A stretch of 64,000 bases of DNA from Sarea resinae. Lineage: Eukaryota. Location of the stretch: contig JAPEUD010000009.1 in assembly GCA_026026165.1 (NCBI GenBank), positions 124,001 to 188,000 of the forward strand. Direction: 5' to 3'. A model generated the notes under the pieces. It was not told the origin of the DNA. It saw only the letters and a list, made by a program, of their open reading frames with translations, and made no database searches. Of this stretch, positions 51,464-64,000 are shown one piece after another. Numbering within the stretch: the stretch's first letter is position 1; each line of letters opens with the position of its first letter. Both the position numbers and the translations under genes were made by a program.

Positions 51464-52333
51464 GGCTATTCAGAAATTCAATTGTTTTCGGGGAGCATTT
51501 CCCTCGATTCCGGGCTCTCTGTTCAAGGCGAATCCGTCGTCTTCTCCCTTGGGGGCCATCCTGGACTACACAATACTATTACCAAAATAAATGCCGAAGA
51601 CTTCCTCTCCAAACATCACAAGAATGACCACTTTCTAGCCTCCGGCCCGGCACCCTTCCAGATTACTCCATTTCAGACCACAATACCTTCGATGCAGCCT
51701 ATCAATACGTCCAACGGGCTAATCAAGAGCAGCATGAAAAATCTCATCAATGGGCTCGGGGCTCTCTCGATAGATAGATCGACAACACTCGGCCATGCAA
51801 AAACATCCGCCTTTCGACATTCGCTTGGCCATCGCATTGGGCGTTTCTGGGATGGGGGTTTTACTCATTAGAGCTATTCAAATACACATGCACTCCTTAT
51901 CGCAGATTCAAAATGGAGACGGGGCGAATGGCGATTGATATGATCGATATGTAGGTTTATCTATCTTGATGAAGCATAAAGCTATTGGATGATGACTTCA
52001 AATAAGTCATCGCCTATAGTGCTATCAGTTGCCTTGTTTGCAAAAAAAATTTACTATTCATCCATGAGTCTCTAGGGTCTACTATGTACTATATCCAGGC
52101 CTGGTCTTACGTTGATGATATAGTCACGCCTCCCACGGAGCCCCCTCGCGCATTTCCAATTGTTTGTCTGCCTACGCATGATGATGTATTCGATCCACGC
52201 ATCCGGCAGCACAGCCTCAACGATCGAATCGTACTTCAAGTAGACCCATAAAATCTCCTTTCAACGGGCCAAGCAGATCGCACCTCGTAACGATCAAAAC
52301 CACGGTGAGGAGTGAATGGGTAAGCCAAAAATC

Positions 52334-52335
<2 letters not shown>

Positions 52336-52367
<32 letters not shown>
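52336..52367. repeat. (CT)16 microsatellite
   Basis: Direct reading of the sequence. Confidence 0.9.
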
Positions 52368-52370
<3 letters not shown>

Positions 52371-55300
52371 TGACCAGAGCAGAACAAAGTAGCTAACGTT
52401 CTCTCGAATGTTCTCTCGAGCTCTTCACGTCCGTCTAGTCTGGTTTGCGAGTTGAACGTCTACAACAAACAAACAAACAAACAAACGGGGAAGAGTCAAG
52501 GGCTCGGGCAATTGACCGAGAGAGGCATCTGTGCGCTCATCTGTTCATGGCGTGCTGCTGCTCTGCATCACGAGCAACGTGGCAGGACGAAGTTTCCAAT
52601 GCCGTCCTATCATTGCGTCTGAGCGAGCAAGCGGACCATGATAATAGGCATGTTGGAGTGCGGGGCGGGGCGATGAATGGAATAATGGATCTCGTGTTGT
52701 TTCCTCTCAGTAAGGTACCTCGTAAAGAAGACGAGCGCTGATACTCTGGGAAGGGTGGTATTCGAACAATTCAGTATGTCATGCTTATCACTATGCGGAT
52801 TACCTCCAGCTACCTTTTTCTTTCGGAGTTGACGGATTAGGAAGGCCATTTGATCCCAGATCTGGGCCCGCCGACCAAGAGAGTAAAGGGATCCCGATGC
52901 CGTTCTAGCGATATTTATAGACTGTAGTGCTTTCTAGTGGTGTCGGAGAAAGTCGTTCTCTCGATAAATACACTGCAGATGTGTAGGTGAACAACATATC
53001 TGATCCGGTGCCTGGGGTGGCTTACTTCGTAGGTAGTTTTCATAGTGGTGGACGGAATATCAATGGGAGAAGGGGTCTACGCAGGCTTGCCAAACAGTGG
53101 CTACAGTAAAACCTAGAGTGATATCTAATTTCGGAGCCACATATTCTTCATCTCCATCTACAGGACGAAAGCCACCATCTCCCATCCACCTGCAGCTCCT
53201 GACCTTAATCTGGGTACCGATGTGGCCTTGCCGCCGGTCCAAAAAGCCCCCCTTCGACCCCTCCAGCGGCTCCATTGGCTCTTCACCGCTTCTGGGAATT
53301 GTCTGTCCTTGCTACTTCTAATTTTAAGCAACCGGCCTCGCAACGGCGATATGGAACAGCTCATAGATGACCCTGACGTTGGCCTTCAGTGACTGGAGAT
53401 AGCAGCAGCGGGTACTTGAAATTCGAATCGAATGAAGCCTGCGAAGATGGTTCTGTGCTACCATAGCACGGCGAGTGGGGATCCAATGGCGGCGATGATT
53501 CAGCAAGCTCAGAGCGGGCTTAGGGTGCTGATTGGGTGTGGGCGATAGATCACCAGGGTCTCTGGGGTTTTTAAGTGTCCGAAGCGCCGCCGCCCTGACT
53601 AAAGTAGCCTCCAACTGTATCCCGTCCTTTAAGGAGACCTGGGCGTGACGCCGAGGCTAGTTAATCCACCAGAGGTACTTCGTACAGAGGTACAGGGCAG
53701 GGTGGGACTTTTTGTACTTCGTACGCTCTATGGCTACTGATTGAGATGCAAGCTATAAATATTCCTGAATTCGATATTTACTATTCATAGCTTCATGCTT
53801 CGAAAGGGGCCTTGGATTTGGGTACCTGACGGAATGGAGATTGAGCAGATGGCTGCCTCGGCGGTTGTTTCAGGGCGTGGATCATACGGCCGGGACGTTG
53901 CGGGGACTTGAGTCCAAAAGGGCCGGGCGAGGGTGGCATAGCGAGCGCGCGATACGGTAGTTACTGACGATCGTTCAATGATCGGAAGCCCGTGATGATG
54001 CTTGGTTGTGATATCGTTGTACTTTACTATCGCGATTGATTGAATTGTGAAGAGGCATACATGCAACAGACGCCAAGAAGATTACATTGTGCACCTGGAG
54101 ATCGCCATTGCAGGAAGAGAAGGTCAGTCAGACATCTTCAGTCCAGCGCAGTCTTGAGGCCTTTCCTTGCGAGCTACAATGCCGTCTTTCGACTGAGACT
54201 GTGGCTGGCCTTCTCTTCCTGTTCACTTTGTTGTAACCTCGTATCCATTGTCTCGGCAAGCCGCCGATACTGAAGTGAAGGGGAAAGAGAGAGATCACTC
54301 GGCCTTCAAATAACGGATAGGATATGATCCATAATGCGCCGTCCGCCCTCCCTCCCCGAAGATGCTGGAGTCAAAGCTCGACCGTGCGACAATGTAGAGT
54401 CTCGAAGAATTGACGGTCTAACTGGCTACGGCCTCGTGCGCAGTATCATGGACAGAGCTCTTGTAATCTATATCAACGGTATCTTACAGGCTCAATGGTT
54501 GTGATCTCGGCTCTTCATGTCTTGCTCAGTCCCCTTACTGGCCGATGCTTAGCGCACTGTCATTGCTGCATCCCATGTCGACCTGGGTGGGTAGGTACGA
54601 GAACGAAAAGGCGTCGATGGCGTTGTCAAATGGATGATCACTTGCAGGCCGGCCCAAGCCGTGAAGAAGAGTAGGAAGAAAGCCGGACACCACTGAAGTA
54701 GAGGATTTACAAGGTACGAAAGTGTTATGGGACCCCCAGTCGAAGCCTTGGAACCTGAGGTGATCAAGCAGAAGCGAGAGGAGTTGCAAGCTGTAACGAG
54801 CCTCTGGCGACTTCTCTCGTCGTTTCATCCGTGGACGCATCCCACCCGCTCTTCCCGCTGCCCCTGACTTGACCCAAAAGACTCGGCCCCGGCGCCAGCA
54901 AGAACACTCCGTAGTAAGCGGACATGGAATGGAGCAAAGTACTTCCCCGGCTTGGACCTCATTCCGTGCACACAGCGGATACGAGTTCGGATACATGAAC
55001 ATGATCTGAGGTGGCTCAATACTTCGCAGTAGTCATTGCCCGTGAGCTTCGAGCAGAACTCGAAGGTAATAATGACAGCAGCTGCTCGCGTAGTCGTGGC
55101 CAATTATCTCCGTGTCTGGTTCCGCAACCAGTGCGGCTCTCGTTCTCGCCCAGTACGATAGCAATGTAGCAGAGAAGAGCGCCGATGCTGGCGCTGCTTA
55201 GAATCTTCTCTGCCAGCACCCGTTTGCTCGCTGAATCAAAATCACGGTCTCGCAAGCTGTACTTCAGTAGAGCACGAATATCATCGTCCCCGCCGTCAGC

Positions 55301-56987
55301 TCGGATTTGTCGAGAAGCATTATTCGTCCCACTGTGGAAGTGGATGGCGGGTGTACTTTAGTATATTTACGGTAGCATTGCCAATTGATTTAGTGCCCAT
55401 GAGCGATGCTCATCATCGATCGCCGCTTGAGTGCTTGATTGAATAAATTTAGAAAGATCCAACCGAAGCTTGCCTTACCTTATGGATGGTGGTTTGGCGG
55501 CTTCTCGATCAAGGCTCCGGCCATTTTCATCTCCACCCACGGCAAACCCTGTCCACTTCTTCTGTCGGCTGCCAAGTTGTCAAGAGGCCTTGGCCGTGGA
55601 TCGTTTACGACGCTGAGGTGCCTTACTTGACTACGTTGACGGCCCTTGCACCGTGCATATGCCTTACCTAATCGGCGGTAATGGATTTCGGCAGTGATGT
55701 TGCCGGCTCTCTGTGTCGCCCGTCAGGTTACGTCTTCGATATTTGGGACATCGACGCAGACCCTCGAGATGGCATCTTCAGGTCCTGGCCCGCGGTCCAC
55801 TGCTTCTCTGCTTCCATTGCAGCGAGTTTTGGTACCTCGTACCCCGTACTTCGTACATCGCATTGAGCTTATTGTTCAACGTGTGGAGCGAGAGAAGGGT
55901 CTCGGGCCTCTCTGCCGCTGTCAGCGAGGTACGAATTGTAGTAGTATGAGTATTCGTACTTCGTACCTTGCTTCGCACTTTGGGTGGATGACTCGGTACT
56001 CGTACCTTACTTGGGAAGTAGCCACGATTGAAGTCGCGGCAAGGTACCCTGAATTGCGTGTCTTCCGCAGTAGGTACCTACCTAGGTAGGTAGAGTACTT
56101 AGCTCCGGTCACCCTGAAAACGTGGAAGAGAGTCAACAAGCGACATGCTGTCCTTATGTTGTCGGGCCCGCCAGGGCTGTCTTTCTCCTGTGCTGTCTCT
56201 CTGTCACGTCACGACCACTATCGGTTGTTTCTATTCTCATCGTCGTTCTTCTTCTCGTAGATTACTACGTAGTACTGGCTTTCGGTCGTGGTGACTGGTA
56301 GCGGTACTGGCCAGTCTCTTCCTGTCTCTTCCAAAGTCGGCGGATAGAACAGCTTCGCGCCCGCATGTGCACATCCTGGCGCGCACGGGGGTGACCCACT
56401 TTAGCCCGCAGGTCGTACCTACCGATACGCTGCACCTCTTACGACCCTCAAGTCAGAGACCCTCATCGGTCTGGCCATCTCGAGACCCGCGAGATAGTCA
56501 GATACTTCAGTAGTCTTACTCGAGTAGTTCGACGAGTGCTCAGAGTGCGCAGTGTGCTCAGACTGCGAAGACGTCGCTGGCCCATCCCAGATGATCCCAG
56601 ATGATCCCAGATGATCCAGGACACGCCCGTCCATTGCAATCTCTCTTACTGACGGCCCCCCCGGGCGCCTGTTTCAAGTCGCCCAAAGCCCCCTACAGGC
56701 AGGCTACCGAAACTTCCCACTTCCAAAACTCTACTCCGTACGCACCACCCGGCACCGCTGCGCTCCACTACTGTCTACGAAGCACGAAGTACCACTGTCC
56801 GCTACTGCTGCCGCCGACTCGATTTGATTCGGCTCGATTCGAGTTGACTGGACTGTGAGGCCTTGGCTCAGCTTGCAGGTGGCTAGAGTCGACCAAGGCT
56901 TCTCGGTCAGTGTACGGAAGTAGAGTACCCCCATCTCAGGACTCGTCAAGTGCGAAGTGACCTCCCTGCCGCTGCTTGTATGCACCA

Positions 56988-57009
56988 AAGTGCGAGGTAC
57001 CTCGCACTT
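56988..57009. repeat. Perfect 22-bp palindrome AAGTGCGAGGTACCTCGCACTT upstream of STE12
   Basis: Checked base by base: 11 consecutive complementary pairs, no spacer. Confidence 0.9.
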
Positions 57010-57650
57010 CGCATGGTACCTTGCCTGCTCGCGCCTTGCACCACCACCACCACCACCACCACCACCGCCCACCACCGCCAACAACCGTCGAACCGTCGAA
57101 AGCGTCTCTGGCTTTCTTGGTTCGACTCTCGTTCCTCTCGTTCCGCCCCCAGGACTGCCCTCCCCCCCCCCCGTCTTCCCTGCCCACGTCCTCGTCCTCT
57201 AAACATAACTCTCACACCTCCCCCCTCCCCTCCTCCCCCAAAACGTGCAACTCCATTGTCGCAGGTTCGTCATCGTTGCCTTTTCGAGTGTCTGTTTCGT
57301 TCCATCGGAGCCTCTGGGTTGGCCTCTATTTCGTTTCTTACAACAGTTTATTCCCTCCTACGCTGGATGAGTGTTTGAAAGGCTGAGATTACGTCGGACC
57401 GGCTCTGCATCTCATCTTCAATCCACCCGACCTTGTCGATCTTCCGAGGCAGGCTCCTCGTCGAAAACCTTCGTTTGACCTCTGTATCTTCTCACGAACG
57501 CTTTGCGCCTCGACCTGTCCGCTTCCAATCTTTCACCCCGTCTTGGGATCGCTTCACATCCGCCTCGGACCCCCTACCTTTCGCGGAATTCTTTCGACTA
57601 CACACGCATAGAGAAGGTGGCCTCGATTGGACATCGGAGCGGCAATTGCA

Positions 57651-59982
57651 ATGTATCCCCAACACCATGCGGCAATGGCACCGCCGCCGCAGAAACCCGA
57701 AACCTTCATGCTCTCTAATGAAGCCCAGCAAAGCTTGCCTCAAGACGCTCAAGTAGCTCTGCAGCAAGTCGACAATCGTACGTACTTGATCCGAGGCCAC
57801 TCGTGCCCCCTCATGCGACAGTCCAAAGCAATACACCTATTTGCATGATGAACAGCGAATAAGTCCGACTAACCAGCTCTCATAGTCAAATACTTTCTTA
57901 TATCTGCACCCGTGGACTGGACTCCCGATCAGTATATCCGCCGATTTTTACTTCCGACAGGAGAATACATATCTTGCGTTTTATGGTATGCACTCCCATA
58001 TACATTCCAATCGGACTCGCGGTTGACCGCGCATTTGCCCTGAAGTGACACTGACCGGGATTCAGGAACAACCTCTTCCATATCTCCGGCACCGACATCG
58101 TAAGATGCTTGTCTTTCCGTTTCCAGGCATTTGGACGTCCTGTGAAGAATACGAAAAAATTCGAAGAAGGCATTTTTTCCGACTTGCGGAATCTTAAGTC
58201 TGGTACGGATGCGTCACTCGAGGAACCGAAAAGTGCTTTTCTTGATTTTCTGTACAAGAACAACTGCATCAGAACCCAGAAAAAGCAAAAGGTTTTCTAC
58301 TGGTATAGCGTTCCTCATGACCGTCTTTTCCTCGACGCCCTGGAGCGGGATTTGAAGCGGGAGAAGATGGGCCAGGAAGCGACTACCATGGCTGTCAATG
58401 AACCTGCTCTTTCTTTTGAGTTCGATTGTTCGCAATCTCTCTTTGAGCAGCTTACCAAGGCCCAGCAAGCAAACTCGTCTTCTTTCGCGCCAAATCCTAG
58501 TGCGGCTTATTCCCAGTCAACCTCGCCAGTCATGCGGGCAATGGACTCCATGCCTCCCCCTCAGATGGTCCCCCAAACTATGGCACCCGTACAAGAGGAT
58601 CTGAGCCAACTGGCCCCATACCAGCAGAATATGAGTGGCAGCAGTCTGAAGCGGGAGCAAGACTTCGGCCAACTCCAGTATGATCGAAATGGTGTTCCAA
58701 TGTCACGAGCGCAGCCACGGCATACCTCAATGCCCACGTACATGGAATACTCCCCAGCTCCTTCCTTTGTCTCTTCGCAGTATGAAGACTATAGCAATCG
58801 TGGTATTTCATTCGAGCCTATCACCCCGCCGCAGCATGCTATGCCTCTAGGCACTGAGCCTGCGTACATTGCTAACGAGGATACTGGCCTTTACACCGCG
58901 ATCCCAGAGATGGCTTCCGTGAATAACTACAGTGGGATGATTCAATTGCCACCTTCCAACTTGGCTGGGACACAGTATCCTGGCACCCGCAGTTTCCCTT
59001 CCAGTAACCCTTTCCCCGTTATCGAAGGATCACCCACGTACAAGCAACGGAGAAGACGCTCGTCAATCCCGCCCGTGATGAACGCAATTGCGGCCGGTGG
59101 AGTAGCGGTCCGGTCGCACACCCCGCAACGGCCTAGCGACCTATCTCGTTCAATATCTATGCCCCTCGCCGAAGGCAGTGATTCTATCCACGACTCCCCT
59201 CAGGTGCTGCCGAATGGATATCCTATGATGTCCCAGCACAAGGACCTCCTAGACCTATCCCGGACGGGCAGCCCGATGCCAACGCTCGAAGACAGCCCAT
59301 CTCAACATACGCTTCCGATCATGCGTCACCAGGAGGATATGGCAAACATGGCCAGCAGAGAGGGTTCTGACCCTGCCGTCCGAACCAACAGCCCCGCTGC
59401 CCGCCCAATTGGAGCAATGCGACGGGCGCGCAGTGCGACCATGATGGAGCTAGGTCCCTATCCCCAGAAATCTCACTCCTGTCCAATCCCATCATGCGGC
59501 CGTGTGTTCAAAAGATTAGAGCATCTGAAACGGTACGTGCGACCCATCATCTTTGGTATGCAGTTGCTAACAAGGAGCAGGCATGTGCGTACCCACACAC
59601 AAGAGCGACCGTACATATGCCCGCATTGCAACAAAGCTTTTTCGCGCTCAGATAACTTGGCCCAGTAAGAGAGTCCAATGATCCGTGAGGATGTGTGCAA
59701 GAATGGGATTAACGTAGCTCTAGACATCGTCGTACACATGAACAAGCCAACGAACAGCGTACCGACAGTGATCAGTTCCCCAATTACGAGGAAGAAGATC
59801 ATGATGACGATCAACTAGGCATACTCGAAGAGGAGGATTCACCACCAACGAGTAACTCCTTCATGCCTAGCAATCTATCCAACATGACGTCGATGCCTGG
59901 ATCCCTCAACATCGGTGGTGCCGTCTTGCAGGCGCCGAGTCAAATCATAGCGGCTCAGAACATGTTGCATCAGACCATCTAG
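57651..59982 (+). CDS. STE12: Ste12/SteA transcription factor (STE domain plus two C2H2 fingers)
   Basis: Exons 57651-57777, 57886-57985, 58066-59532, 59581-59664 and 59724-59982. STE motifs KKFEEGIFSDLRNLK and CIRTQKKQKVFYW; fingers CPIPSC and CPHC. Confidence 0.97.
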
Positions 59983-61396
59983 ATCTCATTTATCCTTTGT
60001 CTCTGTCCTTGATTGGCATTTCCATTGCTTTCATTTTACTGCTTATATCATTTCCACAACCTTGCATTTACTCACACCGATCTAGCGGCTGATCTCATTA
60101 TCGTTCTCAGACAGCCTGCACCATCATCTCTTTTATCAAAGATTCTTTCGTACTTGCCATTGGTAGCCAGCGATCTTATTTCTTATATTTTCCGGCGTCA
60201 GCATTCTGGTCGTGGCTGGGCTTGGCCACGGGCCCTTTCTCTTCGTTGCAGAAGGAAGGGAGCCGATCAAACAAGACCTCATCTCATTGCTTCATTTTTG
60301 CCTCGTTTATTATCGTTTTGTTCTTGTCCTCCACTTTCAAAAATTTGACCATTACTGTGTTGCGAGGCTAAGGGGAGGAAGGATGCTAGAGGGTGGTTAC
60401 AAGGTTTCTGCTAGGCTGGCAATGCCTCGCCTTGCTCGCTTGGAATATGCGTTTGCACTGTCTGGATGTCCCGGAGGACACTGGATAGGCTGATTAATCC
60501 AGAAAGGGTTATCACTTTATGGCCACAGACCCGACCGCAAGCGTTAGCTCATATGACGGCATGATACATTTTCCTTTGTTCGACTTAAAGAGGGCTGGAG
60601 GGGAAGGGAGACGGCAAAGAAGGGAGAACATAACATTCGTGAAGAGCGACAGGGTCCCGCTAGAGCCGGCAATTCCGACTTCTTTTCGCCTGTTATTGAC
60701 TTCATCTGATTTGCGCGTTATACTTTTTTTCTTGCGTGCGTGTCGGATTTCGTGTTGGCATTTTCTCGTTCAGCATTTCCCCTTAATCATATCCAATACG
60801 TTCTGGGAACCCGGGGAAATAGGTAGGGTAGGCTAAGTAGGGACGGTTGAGAAGAGGTTCTATATATCAATATCAGTATCCGTGGCAACTTTTGATGTCT
60901 TGATGTGGCTCGTTCTGCATGTTCCGAGAGGTGTTTTGCTGATATTGCTCCCTGAAGGACTACAGCAGATGGCAGATGGAGGGGTGTAGCCTGTGCTTCG
61001 ACAGCTCCAATAACGACTCTGAGGCTCTCGGTACGTTGCGGCGTCGTACCAAATGGCCCGTCAAGTGACAAATCGTGAGGCGAGCTACTTCGTACGAAGT
61101 ATATAGATCCCCAATCCGTCTGGACGTTTGGACTCCACACTCACTACTACCGCAGCCAACGACAACGATAAGCCGGCGCCATCGACATTGTTCAACATTT
61201 CCGGCACCTCGAAGATCCACTCAAGTTCAGTCGCCGTGCCCTTTTCCCTTCCCAGCAAGTCCTTCTCCCTTTTCTCTCGAGGAGATTCTTGCACCGTCTA
61301 CTGCGTCGATCGCCTTCCTTCCGCCGCGCCAACGTCATCTGCTCGCTGCCACCTCCACCTGGATACAGCCTCCATCTCTCACCTCACGCCGCAAAC

Positions 61397-62043
61397 ATGA
61401 AGCCTCTCGTCTCCGCGCTGAATGCATGGAGCTGGTAAGTGTGCTTTGATATAGCAGGCATCCGACGTCCCAGCCACGGATTGTGGGGCCCAGTGGACCA
61501 GCTGACTCTCCTTCTAGCATCGTCATCTCCGTCTTCGCTATCGTCATCCTGTCTTTCATCGGCGGTCTGTTCCAGGTGCGTTTGAACTGCGTCCTCACAT
61601 TTGTCGTGCCTGTCCCTTCTTCCTCTCCAACCTCATATATCTATGCAATGCCTATACCCTCCCTCCCTCCCTCCCTCCCTCCCTCTGAGTCTGGAGCTGC
61701 TGGTGCAGACAACGCCCATTGTAGAAGGCCACCGCAGCCGAGAAGATTACGACAAGAAGCCCGATTGACTGACACGTTTACTTCTCACCGGATAGAAAAA
61801 CCACCATTCGATGGTCGGCTCGGTGGGCGACCCACCGGACGGCAAGGCCGTCGCCGGATCCATCTTCGGCGCCGTCATCATCTACGCGGTTCGTGTTTCG
61901 TGCTCGTCTTGTCTTGTCTCCTCCCGTCCGAAGCAATTATACTGACGTTACGCTCACTTCGGCAGGGCTTCCTCGTCTTCTGCGGCCTGCAAGCGTACCT
62001 CAACATCCGCCAGAGCCGGCGCGGCGCCATCACGCTGTCATAG
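61397..62043 (+). CDS. V-ATPase V0 subunit f (RNASEK-like), 88 aa, two TM helices
   Basis: Exons 61397-61434, 61518-61575, 61796-61888 and 61966-62043 (267 nt) give MKPLVSALNAWSCIVISVFAIVILSFIGGLFQKNHHSMVGSVGDPPDGKAVAGSIFGAVIIYAGFLVFCGLQAYLNIRQSRRGAITLS*. Confidence 0.85.
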
Positions 62044-62584
62044 CAACGAAGGGCGCCTTTTGAAGAAGAAGATGAAGGAGAAGGGGTCCCATTGGCGACT
62101 CTGTAAGCACGGGAGAGGAGAGGAGAGTTTGGCGAGAGTCGTCTTGTGTTCGCCCCGCCCCCGCCCCCGTCGTTTCTTCCAAGGGCGTCTGTTTTGCTCG
62201 GTGGACAATTCTATATAGGCGTTTTTTTGATTTCTGGCCAGAAGATTTCCCTTCCGGGGTGTTTGTTTCCCGTGACGGGGTACCATATTGAAGTGGATAT
62301 GTGCGAGGAGTGCCCTCTCTGCTGTCTCGACTTTGCATGAATGCCACGAATAGGTGATGGTACTTGAACGTACATAGTATGGTGTAATTATCTGACGTGC
62401 ATGCACGCAGTACTGTAGCTGCATGTGCTGTCTTGTCTTTTTGTGCTCCTATATATCCTCATCTATAGATTTTTTATACATCCGATATCCTTTTACCCCC
62501 CCGACCAGAAGCGCCACCAAACCTAGCCAGCCCCCACCAACACCAGCAATGCATAGATAAAACCAACATTTCCCCTCAAAACCT

Positions 62585-64000
62585 TCATTCCTCGTCACTG
62601 CCATCAACATCCAGCTCCGGCTCCAACATCTTGCTGACGTAGGGTCCATCAAGCCGGTAGCCCAACTTCTGATAATACGAGCGCACGCCCACGCCCGAGA
62701 TGACAGCAATCTTCCGACTCCCATGCTCGTCGCGCGCAATCCGCTCGGCCTCCTCCATCAACAGGGTGCCGAAGCCCTGATGCTGAAACTTGCGCGGGTC
62801 GCGCGCGTGCACGGGGACCGCGGACCCGTAGACGTGCAGCTCGCGCACCAGACTGGTGGGCTGGCGCGTGAGCTCGGGCCGGAAGGTATGGGTGGCGCTG
62901 CACTGGCGCAGGCGCAGCAGCGCGATGAGGATGTCCTGCTTGGGGTCCTCGTAGGCGAGGAAGGTCTCCCAGCCGCCGTTGGCGGCGTAGTCGCGCCGCA
63001 CCAGCTCCACCTGCGACGGGCGGATCTGGTGCTTGACCTCGTTGATGCCGACCTCGCGCGTGCGCACGTCGCGGCACGTCGTGCCGAAGTCTTTCATCCG
63101 GCTCAGGGCCAGCTCGCGCAGGTTGCCATTCTCGACGCCCGAGGTCACGAGCGGCATCGGGATGTCGCGCTGCACGCGGTAGATGCGGGTCCAGGGGGGC
63201 ACGAGGGCGAGGATCCGGGCGACGAGGTCGATGAGCGCGTTGGGCGTGTAGTTTTTGTACCGGCCCGTTCGCCAGAGTTCGTAGAGCCCCGTGCCGCGGA
63301 TGACGAGCGTGGGGTATACTTTCAGGCCGTCGGTGCGGAAGGCGGGGTTTTCAAAGTATTCGCGGAACTGGTCGAGGTCTCGTTCCATGCCTACGTTGGG
63401 GAGGTCGGGCATCATGTGGCTCACGACTTTGAAGCCGGCGTCCTTGGCGAGTTTGAAGGTCTCGGCGACGGCGGCGACGGTGTGGCCTCTGTTTGTGTCG
63501 CGGGCAACATCTTCGTAGAGCGATTGGACACCGATTTCCAGCCGCGTGCAGCCGTACCGGAGCATATCACTCAGGTGGGTGTCGAGACAGTAGTCGGGGC
63601 GAGTTTCGATGGTTATCCCGACGCATTTGATATTGCTCATCTCTCCTGCCGCCACGGCTTCGTCCACGTTATCGGTCTGGTACCCGCTGAGGGCATTGTG
63701 TAGTTGCGAGATGAACTCTTCCCGGTAGCTGACCGGTAGCGACATGAACGTGCCTCCCATGACGATGTATTCTACCTTGTCGACGCTGTGGCCGAGAGAC
63801 TTGATCTGGTCGACTCGACCTCGGGCCTGCTCGTAGGGGTCGTAGTGGGCGCGGATCGCACGCATCGACGTCGGCTCGTAACCGGTATATGACTGCGTCG
63901 AGTATTCAAAGTCCGAGTCGGGGCCACCAGGGCAATAGACGCAGATGTTGCCGGTGTAAGAGATGTGGGGGCAGCGGTGGGGTTTGCACATGACTGCGAC
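62585..64000 (-). CDS. ELP3: Elongator subunit Elp3 (radical SAM plus KAT domain); 5' part runs off the window
   Basis: [56 protein letters not shown]. Confidence 0.97.
   Translation of the reverse strand, partial: VAVMCKPHRCPHISYTGNICVYCPGGPDSDFEYSTQSYTGYEPTSMRAIRAHYDPYEQARGRVDQIKSLGHSVDKVEYIVMGGTFMSLPVSYREEFISQLHNALSGYQTDNVDEAVAAGEMSNIKCVGITIETRPDYCLDTHLSDMLRYGCTRLEIGVQSLYEDVARDTNRGHTVAAVAETFKLAKDAGFKVVSHMMPDLPNVGMERDLDQFREYFENPAFRTDGLKVYPTLVIRGTGLYELWRTGRYKNYTPNALIDLVARILALVPPWTRIYRVQRDIPMPLVTSGVENGNLRELALSRMKDFGTTCRDVRTREVGINEVKHQIRPSQVELVRRDYAANGGWETFLAYEDPKQDILIALLRLRQCSATHTFRPELTRQPTSLVRELHVYGSAVPVHARDPRKFQHQGFGTLLMEEAERIARDEHGSRKIAVISGVGVRSYYQKLGYRLDGPYVSKMLEPELDVDGSDEE

Noticed and set aside
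53866..56676. Two TGAAACA pheromone-response elements (minus strand) upstream of STE12
   Set aside because: Isolated 7-mers 2.8 kb apart; close to chance expectation for 6 kb.
51482..56900. Short ORFs between FAF1 and STE12; possible transposon or telomerase RNA
   Set aside because: No transposase or RT motifs, terminal repeats or RIP-like AT skew recognised; no TAACCCTAA template found.
62723..63703. 326-aa + strand ORF antisense to ELP3 (and similar antisense ORFs over MRPL7, USP and PEP3)
   Set aside because: Shadow ORFs expected from high GC3 codon bias; no recognisable motifs.

Overview
Eukaryotic nuclear DNA from a filamentous ascomycete (Pezizomycotina-type GT..CTRAC..YAG introns). 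I can support 18 mostly intron-containing housekeeping and signalling genes: UTR4 (partial), KSP1-like kinase, ADO1, an Est1/Ebs1/SMG7-family protein, a ZNF511-like C2H2 protein, PEP3/VPS18, STE11, MRPL7, a CYLD-like USP, RIT1, INO80, NHX1, a Sut1-like sugar permease, HIS6, a FAF1-like protein, STE12, a 4-exon V-ATPase subunit f gene the ORF track does not resolve, and ELP3 (partial). I recognised no transposon, rRNA, canonical tRNA or biosynthetic cluster. The main unexplained signal is a ~220-nt, densely base-paired element at 48956-49176 with Pol III-like hallmarks (TATA at about -30, A-box, oligo-T end) and a tRNA-like 5' half, which I cannot assign to a known RNA family. Other signals are an ATG-depleted ~1.5-kb KSP1 upstream region whose only three ATGs open 2-3-codon uORFs, short uORFs upstream of STE12, INO80 and the SMG7-like gene, a 22-bp perfect palindrome upstream of STE12, and clustered TAC-NNN-GTA motifs in the long intergenic regions. 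Exon coordinates were derived by eye; no database searches were run.
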